Assembly: GCA_030867685.1 (NCBI GenBank)
Contig: JAQOWU010000008.1
Span: 4,092,001-4,156,000, forward strand
Direction: 5' to 3'
DNA length: 64,000 bases
From: Wickerhamiella versatilis
Lineage: Eukaryota
Position 1 is the first letter of the stretch. Each line of letters opens with the position of its first letter. The position numbers were made by a program, and so were the translations under genes. Positions 11,721-21,954 of the stretch are shown here, piece by piece. The notes under the pieces were generated by a model, which saw nothing but the letters and a program-made list of their open reading frames with translations, was not told the origin of the DNA and did no database searches.

Positions 11721-13526
11721 ATGGAGAGTCTTTCTTTAAGCACAACGGCCGTAGGCCTTGCTGTTGGCTCTTTAGTCCTATGCGCAAACTTTCAATTTGG
11801 CCTACAAACCGGTTGGGTCAGTATGATGAGCATGCCGGCCGCCTTGTTAGGTTTTGCGTGGTTCAAGATGGTACGAAGTGGCATCACCCCCCAAGAAAAT
11901 GTATATGTTCAAAGCTTGGCTGTTGCGGTTGGTACAGGTCCACTGAGTTTTGGCTTCGTTGGTGCGATCCCGGCCATCGAAATGCTAATCACTGATGAAG
12001 AGGGTAGAATTCACCTCGCAGTACCCCAGTTATTGCTGTGGAGTGCTGCAATTAGTTTTGTAGGTATATTTACTGCAGTTTTACTGCGTAATTATATTAT
12101 ATCAAAACGAGAAATGACATTTCCTAGTGGGAGAGCCGCTGCGGCCCTAATTGGTGTTCTTCACGACGTTCCGGTTGAATCTGAGGAGCTTCCCGTTACG
12201 ATTTCGGAAAATTCGAATGATACTACTTATTATCGTAATATAGTTGCGTTAATTGTTACATTTTTTGTTTCCTCAGCATACACGGGGGTTTCTAGATTGA
12301 TCCCCATACTGAGAAAACTACCTATTTTCGGCTCGTTTGCGGCTAGCTTCATGTGGACCTTTGAGCCTTCTCCAGCATACATTGGTCAAGGTATCATTAT
12401 GGGTCTGCCAACCACGGCTTCTATGTTAGGTGGAGCCATTTTAGGTTGGGCAATTTTGGGACCATTCGCCCGAAGCCAAGATTGGGCACCTGGACCTATT
12501 GGAGATTGGCAAACTGGTGCTCAGGGGTGGATTATGTGGGTTTCGCTAGCTATAATGGTGGCCGATACATCTGTATCGTTTATAATTTTAGTGGGAAGTT
12601 GGATCATCGATGCTGTTCGACGAACCAGGTGGTCTAAAATACCCCAAAATGTTATTCGAAGCGGAAGTAGGACACTTAGCGAACCGCCTCGTCCACCGCA
12701 TGACATAGAGGATGCTTCAGATCAACGGAAGCTTGGAACTTACGGGTTGATAGTGACTGCAATCATCTGTGTTGTTACTGTGCGTCTATTGCTTGGTGTA
12801 CCCTTGCTTGAACTTACTACAGCAGTTGCAATATCTCCATTCTTGGCTCTGCTGGGAGTACGAGCCTTGGGCGAAACTGATCTCAATCCTGTGAGTTCGA
12901 TTGCGAAATTAACACAGCTTGGCTTTGGCATGGCAATGCGCGGTAGACCTCAGGCCATACTCCTTAACATTATTGCAGGCGCAATTACTGAGGCTGGAGC
13001 ACAACAGGCGGGAGATCTAATGCAAGATTACAAGACGGGATCCCTCCTTGGAGCCGCAACCACCCCGCAGACGGTAGGGATGGCCCTAGGGACCCTCTGG
13101 AGTTCCATCCTCAGTGCAATCATATACACCCTCTATAAAGCTGTATACGAGATTCCAGGCGATGAATACCGAATTCCTACCGCATACATTTGGGCAGACT
13201 GTGCACGGCTTATGACGGGTGAAGGGCTGCCCCCCTATGCAGGACCTATTTCATTGGCATTTGGTGGGATATTCGCCATCCTGGCAGTCATCAAGCATTT
13301 CACCCAGTCCCCCTGGGTACCCAGTGGTGTGGGGGTAGGAATTGGAATGTATAATGTCCCTTCATTCACCCTTGCAAGGTTTTTGGGAGGAGTCGTATCT
13401 TCCGTGTATAAAAATTACTTTACGGAGCCTGGTGATTCTGTCTATCTCGTAATTTTATCTTCTGGGCTAATATTAGGTGAAGGAATCGTTTCCGTTCTTG
13501 CGCTTTTCGTGACAGCAGTGTTCTAA
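11721..13526 (+). CDS. OPT/YSL-family oligopeptide transporter (YGL114W-like)
   Basis: FGLQTGWVSMMS, TPQENVYVQS, FPSGRAAA, PSPAYIGQGIIMG, GVRALGETDLNPVS, AQQAGDLMQDYKTG, plus many TM segments. Confidence 0.9.
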   Translation: MESLSLSTTAVGLAVGSLVLCANFQFGLQTGWVSMMSMPAALLGFAWFKMVRSGITPQENVYVQSLAVAVGTGPLSFGFVGAIPAIEMLITDEEGRIHLAVPQLLLWSAAISFVGIFTAVLLRNYIISKREMTFPSGRAAAALIGVLHDVPVESEELPVTISENSNDTTYYRNIVALIVTFFVSSAYTGVSRLIPILRKLPIFGSFAASFMWTFEPSPAYIGQGIIMGLPTTASMLGGAILGWAILGPFARSQDWAPGPIGDWQTGAQGWIMWVSLAIMVADTSVSFIILVGSWIIDAVRRTRWSKIPQNVIRSGSRTLSEPPRPPHDIEDASDQRKLGTYGLIVTAIICVVTVRLLLGVPLLELTTAVAISPFLALLGVRALGETDLNPVSSIAKLTQLGFGMAMRGRPQAILLNIIAGAITEAGAQQAGDLMQDYKTGSLLGAATTPQTVGMALGTLWSSILSAIIYTLYKAVYEIPGDEYRIPTAYIWADCARLMTGEGLPPYAGPISLAFGGIFAILAVIKHFTQSPWVPSGVGVGIGMYNVPSFTLARFLGGVVSSVYKNYFTEPGDSVYLVILSSGLILGEGIVSVLALFVTAVF

Positions 13527-13578
13527 GAATATACGTATATACATTGATCGATAGATAGTGAGAAACATTAATTTGATA

Positions 13579-14391
13579 TCAATTCTTACGATGAGACCTG
13601 ATATCCTCGCCCATCTTATGTTCAACCCTAGCCAGGAAGCCCTGTTTGTCCAGATATCCGTTTCTATTATGCTTTTTCAAATCATCCTGGATACCTTCCT
13701 TATCGACAAATCCAAGCCAATCGAGTCGAGACTTCTCTAATGTATTGACCTTCCGCGCCTTCCCTGCCTCATACTCTTCCAGGAGACTCATCTTGCGCTT
13801 CCGAGGACGAGGCTTCGACTTCGTCTTGGGCTTTGAGTCGCTCTTATCCTCACTCTTATCCTCCGGTACTACATCATCATTATGAAGCGATTTGAGGTAC
13901 TCCTGGGCCTCAGCACTTGATCTAGGGACCCGCTTAGTCTCTGTCTGGACCTTACCTGCAAATTTCAGGGTGCGTTTGATATCAATATAGTCCTCTCTCG
14001 TGTCGGTCTGCTTTCGTGTTTCACCGGCATTCATTTCTTTCCATAGAGCATCTACATCCACCGTTTGTGAACCAACAACGGATGCTTGCTTCTCCCGCGG
14101 TTCTGACTTGGCAGCAAGGCGTTGAGAGCGCGTCTTGATAAGACCCGAGCCTTGTACACCCTTATATTGCTCAGTCTCGTTTGAAAACTCAGCATCTGCC
14201 TCCTTATCAGATTCACTTTCTACTCCTGGCTCAAAATCCTCATCCTCGCTTTCATGATATTCATTATCTAAATCCTTGGGTGGCGCCGCCTTTTCAGCAG
14301 GTAAGGGCTCGGCTGGAGTTTTGCGCTCTGCCGCTGTCTCAATTTTGGGTTCATTCCCCGCCGGTTCGACGCCCTCGGGCTCCTTCGACAT
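13579..14391 (-). CDS. SWC5: SWR1 complex subunit Swc5 (BCNT domain)
   Basis: Acidic N-terminus YHESEDEDFEP, GLIKTRSQR, and BCNT domain KVNTLEKSRLDWLGFVDKEGIQDDL...GYLDKQGFLARV. Confidence 0.92.
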   Translation of the reverse strand: MSKEPEGVEPAGNEPKIETAAERKTPAEPLPAEKAAPPKDLDNEYHESEDEDFEPGVESESDKEADAEFSNETEQYKGVQGSGLIKTRSQRLAAKSEPREKQASVVGSQTVDVDALWKEMNAGETRKQTDTREDYIDIKRTLKFAGKVQTETKRVPRSSAEAQEYLKSLHNDDVVPEDKSEDKSDSKPKTKSKPRPRKRKMSLLEEYEAGKARKVNTLEKSRLDWLGFVDKEGIQDDLKKHNRNGYLDKQGFLARVEHKMGEDIRSHRKN

Positions 14392-14689
14392 TTGTCAAAG
14401 ACGTAAATTCAAAAGTTCCACCTCTTCTGAGATTACCTGTCAGAGATTATGTAATATTTGCGACCAGTTCAATCGACAAAATGAAACTTAAAAAATAAAT
14501 AAATAATACATTTAATTTATTCATAGTGCAGACTGAAACCGTTCGTCTAAATCGAATACAAAAAAAAACAAATTCTGCTAAATTTAGGTAAACCCTTGAC
14601 ATATTTCATGTCATGCTGTCGTTATGTAACCAACCGGACCCTGGTCCCTCCACACTTATTCTGGAGGATTATTTTCAGTAAGGGGGCAA

Positions 14690-15718
14690 ATGGCAGAGCT
14701 GCCAAAACGTGAAAGAAGCATGCGGCAGCTTCCAGAGGATTCGCGCAAACGACGAAGTCCTGATACATCTAGAATTGGGAGCGATGAAGTTTCCAGCCTA
14801 CAGGTGAGGTGGTTACTCGAGTCGTCATTATGCCCCAGGATATTAGGACACGGTGGAAGAACCTTGCAAAAAATGCGTCAGTCCTCTGCCTGTGACTCCT
14901 GGATTTCACCAAAGGTTTCAGGGGCAGAGTACCGAGTTATGCATGCTAAAGGGACGCCCTCGTCAGTTGCCAAATTCGCTGGATATCTTGTACGAGAGCT
15001 CTTCAATGAGCCTATGGACAAGCCTAGCTCTTCTAGTTCTCGTGTGTACAACGTTATGCTTTTAGTACCTCACCCCTTGGTAGGGAGGATAGTTGGTCGG
15101 CAGATGTCAAACATGCAGATGTTCCGAGAAAAAAGTGCGGCAAATCTCAATTTAGAGCGGGAGAAGCTACAAGGATGTGATGACCGTATACTACATGTAT
15201 CTGGTGTGGCAGATGCCGTTCATATTGCTATCTACTACATTGCTCAAGAAATGCTAGAGGGGCAATCCCAACTTCAAGGCTCAGGAATGGGTACGCCACG
15301 CCAATACTGTCCTGGTTCAGGCCCTCTGAATATAATGCCCGTAAAAAACGATATCAAATCCACATATTTATCGCCCACCTTAGATCCCGTAAGGTCTGGT
15401 GCGGCGTCGGCCTCTTCCCTGAGTCCACCGTCGATAGATGAAAATGCTCCCCAAGCCATTCGTACTGCATATTGCATGGCGCAACAGAGTTTGCGTCCAA
15501 ATTTACGTCAATTAGTTTATGTGCCTCAAAGTCCTGGTCTTGACATCCTTCTGGATAATATTTCGAGAGTCACAACAGCTAACACCAACGTTCTCAAAGA
15601 TTTCGACATGGACACAGAGGATGCTGTCGTAGAAATCAATGGGGCACCGGAAGAAAATGCGCTGGCGCTGTATCTTGCATATCGCTACGTTAAAAATATG
15701 AAATCCTCTAACGCTTAG
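14690..15718 (+). CDS. PBP2: KH-domain RNA-binding protein (Pbp2/Hek2, hnRNP K-like), divergent
   Basis: ILGHGGRTL, VPHPLVGRIVG, DRILHVSGVADAVHIAIYYIAQ, INGAPEENALAL. It is divergent from SWC5, as PBP2 is in S. cerevisiae. Confidence 0.7.
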   Translation: MAELPKRERSMRQLPEDSRKRRSPDTSRIGSDEVSSLQVRWLLESSLCPRILGHGGRTLQKMRQSSACDSWISPKVSGAEYRVMHAKGTPSSVAKFAGYLVRELFNEPMDKPSSSSSRVYNVMLLVPHPLVGRIVGRQMSNMQMFREKSAANLNLEREKLQGCDDRILHVSGVADAVHIAIYYIAQEMLEGQSQLQGSGMGTPRQYCPGSGPLNIMPVKNDIKSTYLSPTLDPVRSGAASASSLSPPSIDENAPQAIRTAYCMAQQSLRPNLRQLVYVPQSPGLDILLDNISRVTTANTNVLKDFDMDTEDAVVEINGAPEENALALYLAYRYVKNMKSSNA

Positions 15719-18389
15719 AACCTAAAAAGTTTACAAGATCGATAAACATACCGGGCATCATCTGGTTTTTCTTGCTTGTGTACCAAGACACCAGTGATTC
15801 CTGGTAAATGTTAGTAACTTGGTTAATTAACGCCGCATCACGACTAACTAATAGTTTCGTCAAAAACACACCGAGTTGATTACATGCAAGACTTTGCAGT
15901 TTTGAATTCGAGTTAGAAGCAATGTTATGCACTCGTCGTAGCAGCTGAAGTACATCATCTACCTGATCGCTCGATAGCTCGTAGCTTGTACGACGACACA
16001 GGCGCGACCGAACAAGCTCGCGAGACTTATCTGCAAGTTGCCTATCCTTCGTCTGAGCAATGAGGTTCACAACTGGCTCCACCACTACCAGAGCTATAGA
16101 ATTGTTTGGTTGCCGCTGCACAAAAATATCCAGAAGATCAAGAACCCTCGATTTCAAAAGAGTCACGTTTCTCTTAGCCCTTGCTACTTCCTTCCGTTGA
16201 ATCTGTCCTTTAGTCTGTTGGAGCTTCCTCTCCCGGAATATCACGGACAATTGGCCATCTAAGGCGGTCATTTGTTCGTCGTCCATCGACTCTGAATCAC
16301 TTCCTGAAGCTCCAAGAGTTTCACGGAGCCTTTCAGTCTCCTCCTCATCTAGTCCGTCATCGACGTCACTGAACTCAGAGTCAGATCCAGGATTGGATGA
16401 TCCACGGTTGTTGGCCGACTTCTTTTTGGCGTTTGCAGAGTCTATGGCATCCTCATCCTCGTCCATCTCATCTTCATTATTATCTTTGTCGTCATCATCA
16501 TCGGAAATCATAAATAGAGACTCTTGGCCCTCTTCAGTTTCCGGTGTTTGTAAAATGTCTCCGAGAAGAACTAGTGACGCAGCAGATATCTGATCCGCGA
16601 AAGATCCCCAAACGTCTTCAACTAACTTCCTTAAGAGGGCACTTTGCTGAGACAAAAGAGAGACCATAATTTCAGTGAATACTTGAGAGGCATCATCCGA
16701 TTCGGTAGAATCTTCGCCAAGCGCGATTCGGTGATAGCATACTTGCAATTCGTCCAACATAGATACTGCATCTGCATGGCCCGTATATACTTGCAACAAC
16801 ACCATGGCAAACAAAAGCTCAAATGCCTGAAGCTGTTTCGAATCGACGTGCTTCGAAGACATTCGTTTCGTATGGATCTTATCGACAGTGCTTTCGGCCT
16901 TGGCGGTCGCTTTTCTGATGTCATCTTCAAAATCTACCCGCAGTGTTGAAGTATCGACCTTCTTGAGAACAAGATAAGGCCATGAGTCGCCAGGATCAGC
17001 AGCGCTTCCCATTGTTGAAGACAATATAGACATGATTCGTTCTTGCACGAGCTTGGCCACTGCTTCTGGTGCACCTTCCTGATAAGCCAATGGGACCAGA
17101 CGATCGAGGATTATATGATTGGTGGGTCCATGTGGTTTAATACGTACAAGTTGAAGAATGAAATCAAGCATAGTTTGCTTGCGAGGAAGCTCAGTTTCTC
17201 GCTCAAAATTATCTAAAAGGGTCTCGGCAATACGATCCTGCCCTTCAGTCACATTATCCATTAATGTATGCAAGAGTCGTGACTTCGAAATTCTATCAAA
17301 AATTGGAACAACATTGAGAATACCAACCACAATGTCTGATGCTTTGGGTCCTGGCTGTTTTGCAGCTTCAATCATCTCATTTGCGACCTTTTGGGCCATT
17401 ACATGCAGGTTTCTATCATGCTGAGCAAGTTGATTAGCAAGTGAGTGCACTAAGTGGGGGCTCAATAGTGCTCGTACATCAGGAAGCTCCTTTAACCATC
17501 TCAAAAAGATTTGGAACCCCCACATTTTACGTTCAGAGGACGCAGTATGTGAGAAGAATCCCTCATCGATTACTGCCTTCCAGAATTCAGGTAGCCTTAT
17601 GTATTTATGGCTGTGCTTTTTGACCTTCTTTTTTGGTGGTGCTTCAGTGTTTGCTTCCTGTGACCTGAAGTATGATAAAAGTTTATCCCACACAAAATGT
17701 ACCTTCCAATTAGATCGTGGAGCATTGTCGCCATGAACAGGCAAATCCCGTAAAATTTTTGAAAGTTTTTCCAACTCCTTGGATCGTAAAGGGTCCCAGT
17801 CACGAAACGCTGCTGGTACTGTCAATGACACGGCAAGACCCTCCTGGGTTTGAAGAAGACCCGCCTTAGATAGGTCCGAGAGCAGGAATTCCACGGTATC
17901 TTTATCATCAGCTACCTTCTGAAGTACATCACAGAGAGCAAAAAAGCTTGGTTCACGGAGCCAGGACTTTTTCTGTGCAAGTTCAATGCACTGTTGAAAA
18001 AACCTTTTTCTGTCCTCTGTGGACGCAGAATCCCAAAGTGGACTTGCTGCCAATGTCTGTAATGCGAAAAGTTTACCAAGAAGCAGCCCCCTCTCCTCAG
18101 CACCTTTCATGCTACCAGTAACAACAAAGGCTTCCGCTGTACGATCAAGATATTGCTGTATATTTATATCATTCTTGCGGGCCTCGAGCACACCAGCAAG
18201 TGCTACAGAGAATCCCAATCGTGCGCTACCTCGGCTAGAGCTAAGGCCGGTAATCAGGCGGTTGAGGGCATAGTCCCAATCCTCCTCGCTCTGCTTCTGC
18301 TCCAATCCTTTGATCAGAGCTTCTGCAGCGGTAAGACGTTCCCCAGCATCATTGCTAGCGAGCGCCCAATAGTGGTCTAGTAGGCTCAT
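15708..18389 (-). CDS. POL5: Pol5 / MYBBP1A ribosome biogenesis factor
   Basis: YWALAS...ERLTAA, YALNRLITGLSSSRGSARLGFS, SSERKMWGFQIF, MDDEQMTALDGQLSVIF. Confidence 0.92.
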   Translation of the reverse strand: MSLLDHYWALASNDAGERLTAAEALIKGLEQKQSEEDWDYALNRLITGLSSSRGSARLGFSVALAGVLEARKNDINIQQYLDRTAEAFVVTGSMKGAEERGLLLGKLFALQTLAASPLWDSASTEDRKRFFQQCIELAQKKSWLREPSFFALCDVLQKVADDKDTVEFLLSDLSKAGLLQTQEGLAVSLTVPAAFRDWDPLRSKELEKLSKILRDLPVHGDNAPRSNWKVHFVWDKLLSYFRSQEANTEAPPKKKVKKHSHKYIRLPEFWKAVIDEGFFSHTASSERKMWGFQIFLRWLKELPDVRALLSPHLVHSLANQLAQHDRNLHVMAQKVANEMIEAAKQPGPKASDIVVGILNVVPIFDRISKSRLLHTLMDNVTEGQDRIAETLLDNFERETELPRKQTMLDFILQLVRIKPHGPTNHIILDRLVPLAYQEGAPEAVAKLVQERIMSILSSTMGSAADPGDSWPYLVLKKVDTSTLRVDFEDDIRKATAKAESTVDKIHTKRMSSKHVDSKQLQAFELLFAMVLLQVYTGHADAVSMLDELQVCYHRIALGEDSTESDDASQVFTEIMVSLLSQQSALLRKLVEDVWGSFADQISAASLVLLGDILQTPETEEGQESLFMISDDDDDKDNNEDEMDEDEDAIDSANAKKKSANNRGSSNPGSDSEFSDVDDGLDEEETERLRETLGASGSDSESMDDEQMTALDGQLSVIFRERKLQQTKGQIQRKEVARAKRNVTLLKSRVLDLLDIFVQRQPNNSIALVVVEPVVNLIAQTKDRQLADKSRELVRSRLCRRTSYELSSDQVDDVLQLLRRVHNIASNSNSKLQSLACNQLGVFLTKLLVSRDAALINQVTNIYQESLVSWYTSKKNQMMPGMFIDLVNFLGSKR

Positions 18390-18560
18390 AAAACCTGGCA
18401 GAAATATATCGCCTTATTACTGACCTAATTTTTTTCGGCCGCTTTGTCTGACTTCTCAATATTGCATGTGCCAATTAGTGATATGTGGCTTAGGGTTCAG
18501 AATGGTCGAGGTGATTGGTCATCGGCCACTGTTCTCCCTCCACTGCCCTCACACTACAAC

Positions 18561-18758
18561 ATGCCCAAGCCATCTGGTGTAACTTTCAACCGCTACGCTG
18601 CTATTGCAGGACGTGTTTTGCGGAAGGCTCTGAAGGAAGACAAGCGCGTGAATGCCCAGCGTGCCGACGTTTTCGAGCTAAGGATGGCCTCGTGGAAAGA
18701 CGGCCAACAGGGCGAACCCAAAGTGCTGAATGTCCCACTCAAGTCAGCCTCTGAGTAG
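18561..18758 (+). CDS. ATP15: Mitochondrial F1-ATP synthase epsilon subunit
   Basis: 65 aa, GVTFNRYAAIAGRVLRKALKEDKR...WKDGQQGEP. ATG at 18561 in good context (CAACATG). Confidence 0.88.
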   Translation: MPKPSGVTFNRYAAIAGRVLRKALKEDKRVNAQRADVFELRMASWKDGQQGEPKVLNVPLKSASE

Positions 18759-18886
18759 TATGCAAATTATATCGGGTAGTCTTTTAGGTTAGATCAAAGC
18801 CGCTGCGCGGTAAAAATGGTATATACGACATATATGTAGCTGTCTATGCAGTGTTAAACACCATTGGTTTGATTAGTAACCACAAG

Positions 18887-20944
18887 ATGCTCCGAACACA
18901 TGTCGGGGTGGTTCGAGCGGCGTGCTCACCATTTCGCTGTTTTTCCCCCGGCCTTGCATTTCGACGCACATTTGCCAGTTCATCAATTAATGGACAAACA
19001 AAGCGTGCACAGGCAGCACAAGTGTCAAATATGCGTTCACAGTTAACATCAGCACCTGCTGAGAGCTCCAACCGAGAATTTCGCCGACTGTTTGGTTTAG
19101 TTAGACAGGAGAAATGGCAGCTGGCTGCAGCATTATCCCTCTTGGTAATTTCAAGTGGTATCGGCTTAAGTCTTCCAGCAGTCATAGGTAAACTTCTGGA
19201 TGTGGTGAATGACCCAAGTCCGGACAAATCGATCTGGGGCATACCCTTGAATAATTTTTTGTTGGGTCTTACAGGGGTGTTTGTGCTCGGCTCCTGTGCA
19301 TCATATTTCCGAATCGTTTTACTCAGGTCAATTGGGGAGCGGCTTGTGACCAAGTTACGGGCGCGGACCTTTCGCAACCTGGTGCTCCAGGATGCAGAAT
19401 TTTTTGACGCAAATCGTGTTGGTGACCTTATTTCAAGACTGGGTACCGATGCTAATGTTGTATCGCGCTCAGTAACCCAAAATGTCGCAGAGGGCCTACG
19501 TTCAGTATTGACTGCGGGAATGGGTGTTGGTATGATGTGCTATGTATCCCTCCATTTGACAGGCATGATCACACTAATTCTCCCGCCAGTTCTCATCTCA
19601 ACATGGTTATATGGGCGCAAGGTGCGGCAGATTTCCCGTGGATTTCAGCAGTCAATAGGTGACCTTTCGCGTGTTGGGGAGGAGCGGCTTAACAACATTA
19701 CCACTGCCAGAGCGTTTGGAAGCGAAAGACAGGAAGTTCGTTTATACAATAAGCGGTTGCGCAATGTGTTTGCTATAGCAATGCAAGAGGCCAGAGCAAC
19801 AGGCTTGTACGTCGGCATAATGCAAATTACTGGTAACTCAATGATTATTGGCCTTTTAGCACTTGGTGCTAGTCTAGTCAGTGCAGGAAATATGACCTTT
19901 GGCGAGCTTTCAAGTTTTATTATGTACACGGCTTACTCTGGCTCTGCTATATCAGGACTAGGTAATTTCTATTCCGAACTGATGAAAGGTGCAGGGGCCG
20001 CGTCCCGACTGTTTGAGATAGACGACCAGAAGCCACAAATCCCGACACACCAAGGCCAGCACTTGCTAAACCCTCGAGGAGGTATCAGATTTGACCACGT
20101 TGCATTTAACTATCCAACAAGACCTCAAGTTGAAATCTTCAAGGACTTGAACGTTGACATTAGGCCTGGCCAACATGTTTGTATTGTGGGTCAAAGTGGT
20201 GGCGGAAAGTCTACAGTTTTGAGCCTCTTACTGCGATTTTATGATCCAGTAAAGGGGAAGATTTCCATAGGTGGCCAGGATTTGAAAGATGTCAGTCCTT
20301 GGTCCTTAAGACAGAACATTGGTGTTGTCTCTCAAGAGCCAGTGCTTTTCAGCGGTTCAATTGCTAGCAATATAGCTTATTCGCGACCCAATGCATCGCG
20401 TGAAGAGGTTTTTGAGGCAGCGAAGCAAGCGAACTGTACCTTTTTGGCCGACTTCCCCGATGGAATTGATACACAAGTAGGCCCTCGTGGAACTCAGCTT
20501 AGTGGTGGTCAAAAGCAAAGGATTGCTATTGCAAGAGCCATAATTACCCGGCCAGCAATTCTTGTCTTGGATGAGGCAACATCGGCTCTTGATGGGGAGT
20601 CAGAAATGCTAGTTAATGCTGCACTTGCAAAACTAATCAAACAATCATCTACCACAATTAGCGTTGCCCATCGCATCTCGACCATCGCACGGTCTAATGA
20701 AGTTATTGTTCTTGGGAGCAATGGTACCGCTGTAGAACACGGCTCGTTCCGAAAATTGTACGATGATCCCAATAGTGCATTAAGCGACCTTTTGAGGCGG
20801 CATACAGCTGAGCCTGCGCAGGTAGTGTCAAAACAGGAGGAGCATATGTCAGACGAAGAAATCTCCAACGAGGCAGAAGAGGAAGACGATGATATGAGAA
20901 GTGCTGTTGACAGGTTTGAAAAACCAATAAAAGAGTCGCCTTAG
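18887..20944 (+). CDS. MDL2: Mitochondrial half-size ABC transporter (Mdl1/Mdl2 family)
   Basis: Mitochondrial presequence, FFDANRVGDLISRL, FYSELMKGAGAASRLF, Walker A GQSGGGKS, LSGGQKQRIAIARA, LDEATSALD. Position after ATP15 matches MDL2, but MDL1 is not excluded. Confidence 0.85.
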   Translation: MLRTHVGVVRAACSPFRCFSPGLAFRRTFASSSINGQTKRAQAAQVSNMRSQLTSAPAESSNREFRRLFGLVRQEKWQLAAALSLLVISSGIGLSLPAVIGKLLDVVNDPSPDKSIWGIPLNNFLLGLTGVFVLGSCASYFRIVLLRSIGERLVTKLRARTFRNLVLQDAEFFDANRVGDLISRLGTDANVVSRSVTQNVAEGLRSVLTAGMGVGMMCYVSLHLTGMITLILPPVLISTWLYGRKVRQISRGFQQSIGDLSRVGEERLNNITTARAFGSERQEVRLYNKRLRNVFAIAMQEARATGLYVGIMQITGNSMIIGLLALGASLVSAGNMTFGELSSFIMYTAYSGSAISGLGNFYSELMKGAGAASRLFEIDDQKPQIPTHQGQHLLNPRGGIRFDHVAFNYPTRPQVEIFKDLNVDIRPGQHVCIVGQSGGGKSTVLSLLLRFYDPVKGKISIGGQDLKDVSPWSLRQNIGVVSQEPVLFSGSIASNIAYSRPNASREEVFEAAKQANCTFLADFPDGIDTQVGPRGTQLSGGQKQRIAIARAIITRPAILVLDEATSALDGESEMLVNAALAKLIKQSSTTISVAHRISTIARSNEVIVLGSNGTAVEHGSFRKLYDDPNSALSDLLRRHTAEPAQVVSKQEEHMSDEEISNEAEEEDDDMRSAVDRFEKPIKESP

Positions 20945-21029
20945 CATGCCACATAACGACGAGAATGAATTAGTAGATAGAAAAAAAGAACTATAAACTA
21001 ATAGATGAGCAATCTATACTTAATTTTTT

Positions 21030-21872
21030 TCATGAAGAAATCATCCGCCTCGTGCTTAGATCGTCTGCCGAGACAACACGGACCTCCGTTTCTACTGCAC
21101 TGTCCAGTATCAACGTGGCTGAGTATTTTCCCGGCTTGTGTGGCTTTCCCCAAGCTAAAGGACCATTATTAAAACCTTCAACATGCATTACTGCCCACGA
21201 TTCATCGCATAGTGATTTCCATAATTCCCGGAGGGTCTGAGGTTCAAACACACCACTTGCACTGGCTCTCGCCACCAGCTCTATGTCTCCAGGTCGTGCA
21301 AGTGAACATATTGATGGGTCCAATTCGATATTGGGATGCAATATTGGTGCATCTACTATGCATAGGCCAACCCATTCAAGAATCTCATTAATCTCGTCTT
21401 GAGATTCCTCCGAATTATCATTAGTATGCTGTAGCAGTGGCTTGTATAGCTCATTACTATTCCAAACAAGCTTTTCGGGATCCGATTTCACTATGAATTC
21501 GTACTCCCCGGTCAAAGTATGATCGAAAGCCCAATAGAGTCGCATGAGCCTCCTTCCGGTGGTCTCCTCCAAATTATATACGCCAACATAACGATCATCC
21601 CGCCGCTCAGCCTCTATTCCAGCCTTAAAATAAGTAGTTTGCGATAACGATACAGTCAAAATCGATCTGTAAATTAAGAACGAGTCGTCGCCTTCGCATA
21701 TCGCTATGTCCCGTTGGCAAGCCTGGCGAAGGGTTAATTTCTCAACCTTCGATGTGGGTAAAGTAAACTCTCGTGGTTTAGGCAATACAAAATGGACCTT
21801 CCGAGCCGGTCCAAATTTCTCCAAGGCCTTGGATCCACGGCCAACGAATGCTTGGTCAACTCTAAGAGGCAT
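21030..21872 (-). CDS. RNase P/MRP subunit Rpp40-like protein
   Basis: C-terminal EILEWVGL...P...DPSIC, SGVFEP and WAVMHVEGF...PLAWG match the recalled Ribonuc_P_40 pattern. Also SLSQTTYFKAGI. Confidence 0.6.
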   Translation of the reverse strand: MPLRVDQAFVGRGSKALEKFGPARKVHFVLPKPREFTLPTSKVEKLTLRQACQRDIAICEGDDSFLIYRSILTVSLSQTTYFKAGIEAERRDDRYVGVYNLEETTGRRLMRLYWAFDHTLTGEYEFIVKSDPEKLVWNSNELYKPLLQHTNDNSEESQDEINEILEWVGLCIVDAPILHPNIELDPSICSLARPGDIELVARASASGVFEPQTLRELWKSLCDESWAVMHVEGFNNGPLAWGKPHKPGKYSATLILDSAVETEVRVVSADDLSTRRMISS

Positions 21873-21954
21873 GTGACTCTTGCTCCGATTGCGTCATCCT
21901 CGTGATTTCTCTAAATTTTGGCGCACATTGGTAGCTCCACAGGAACCACAGTAG

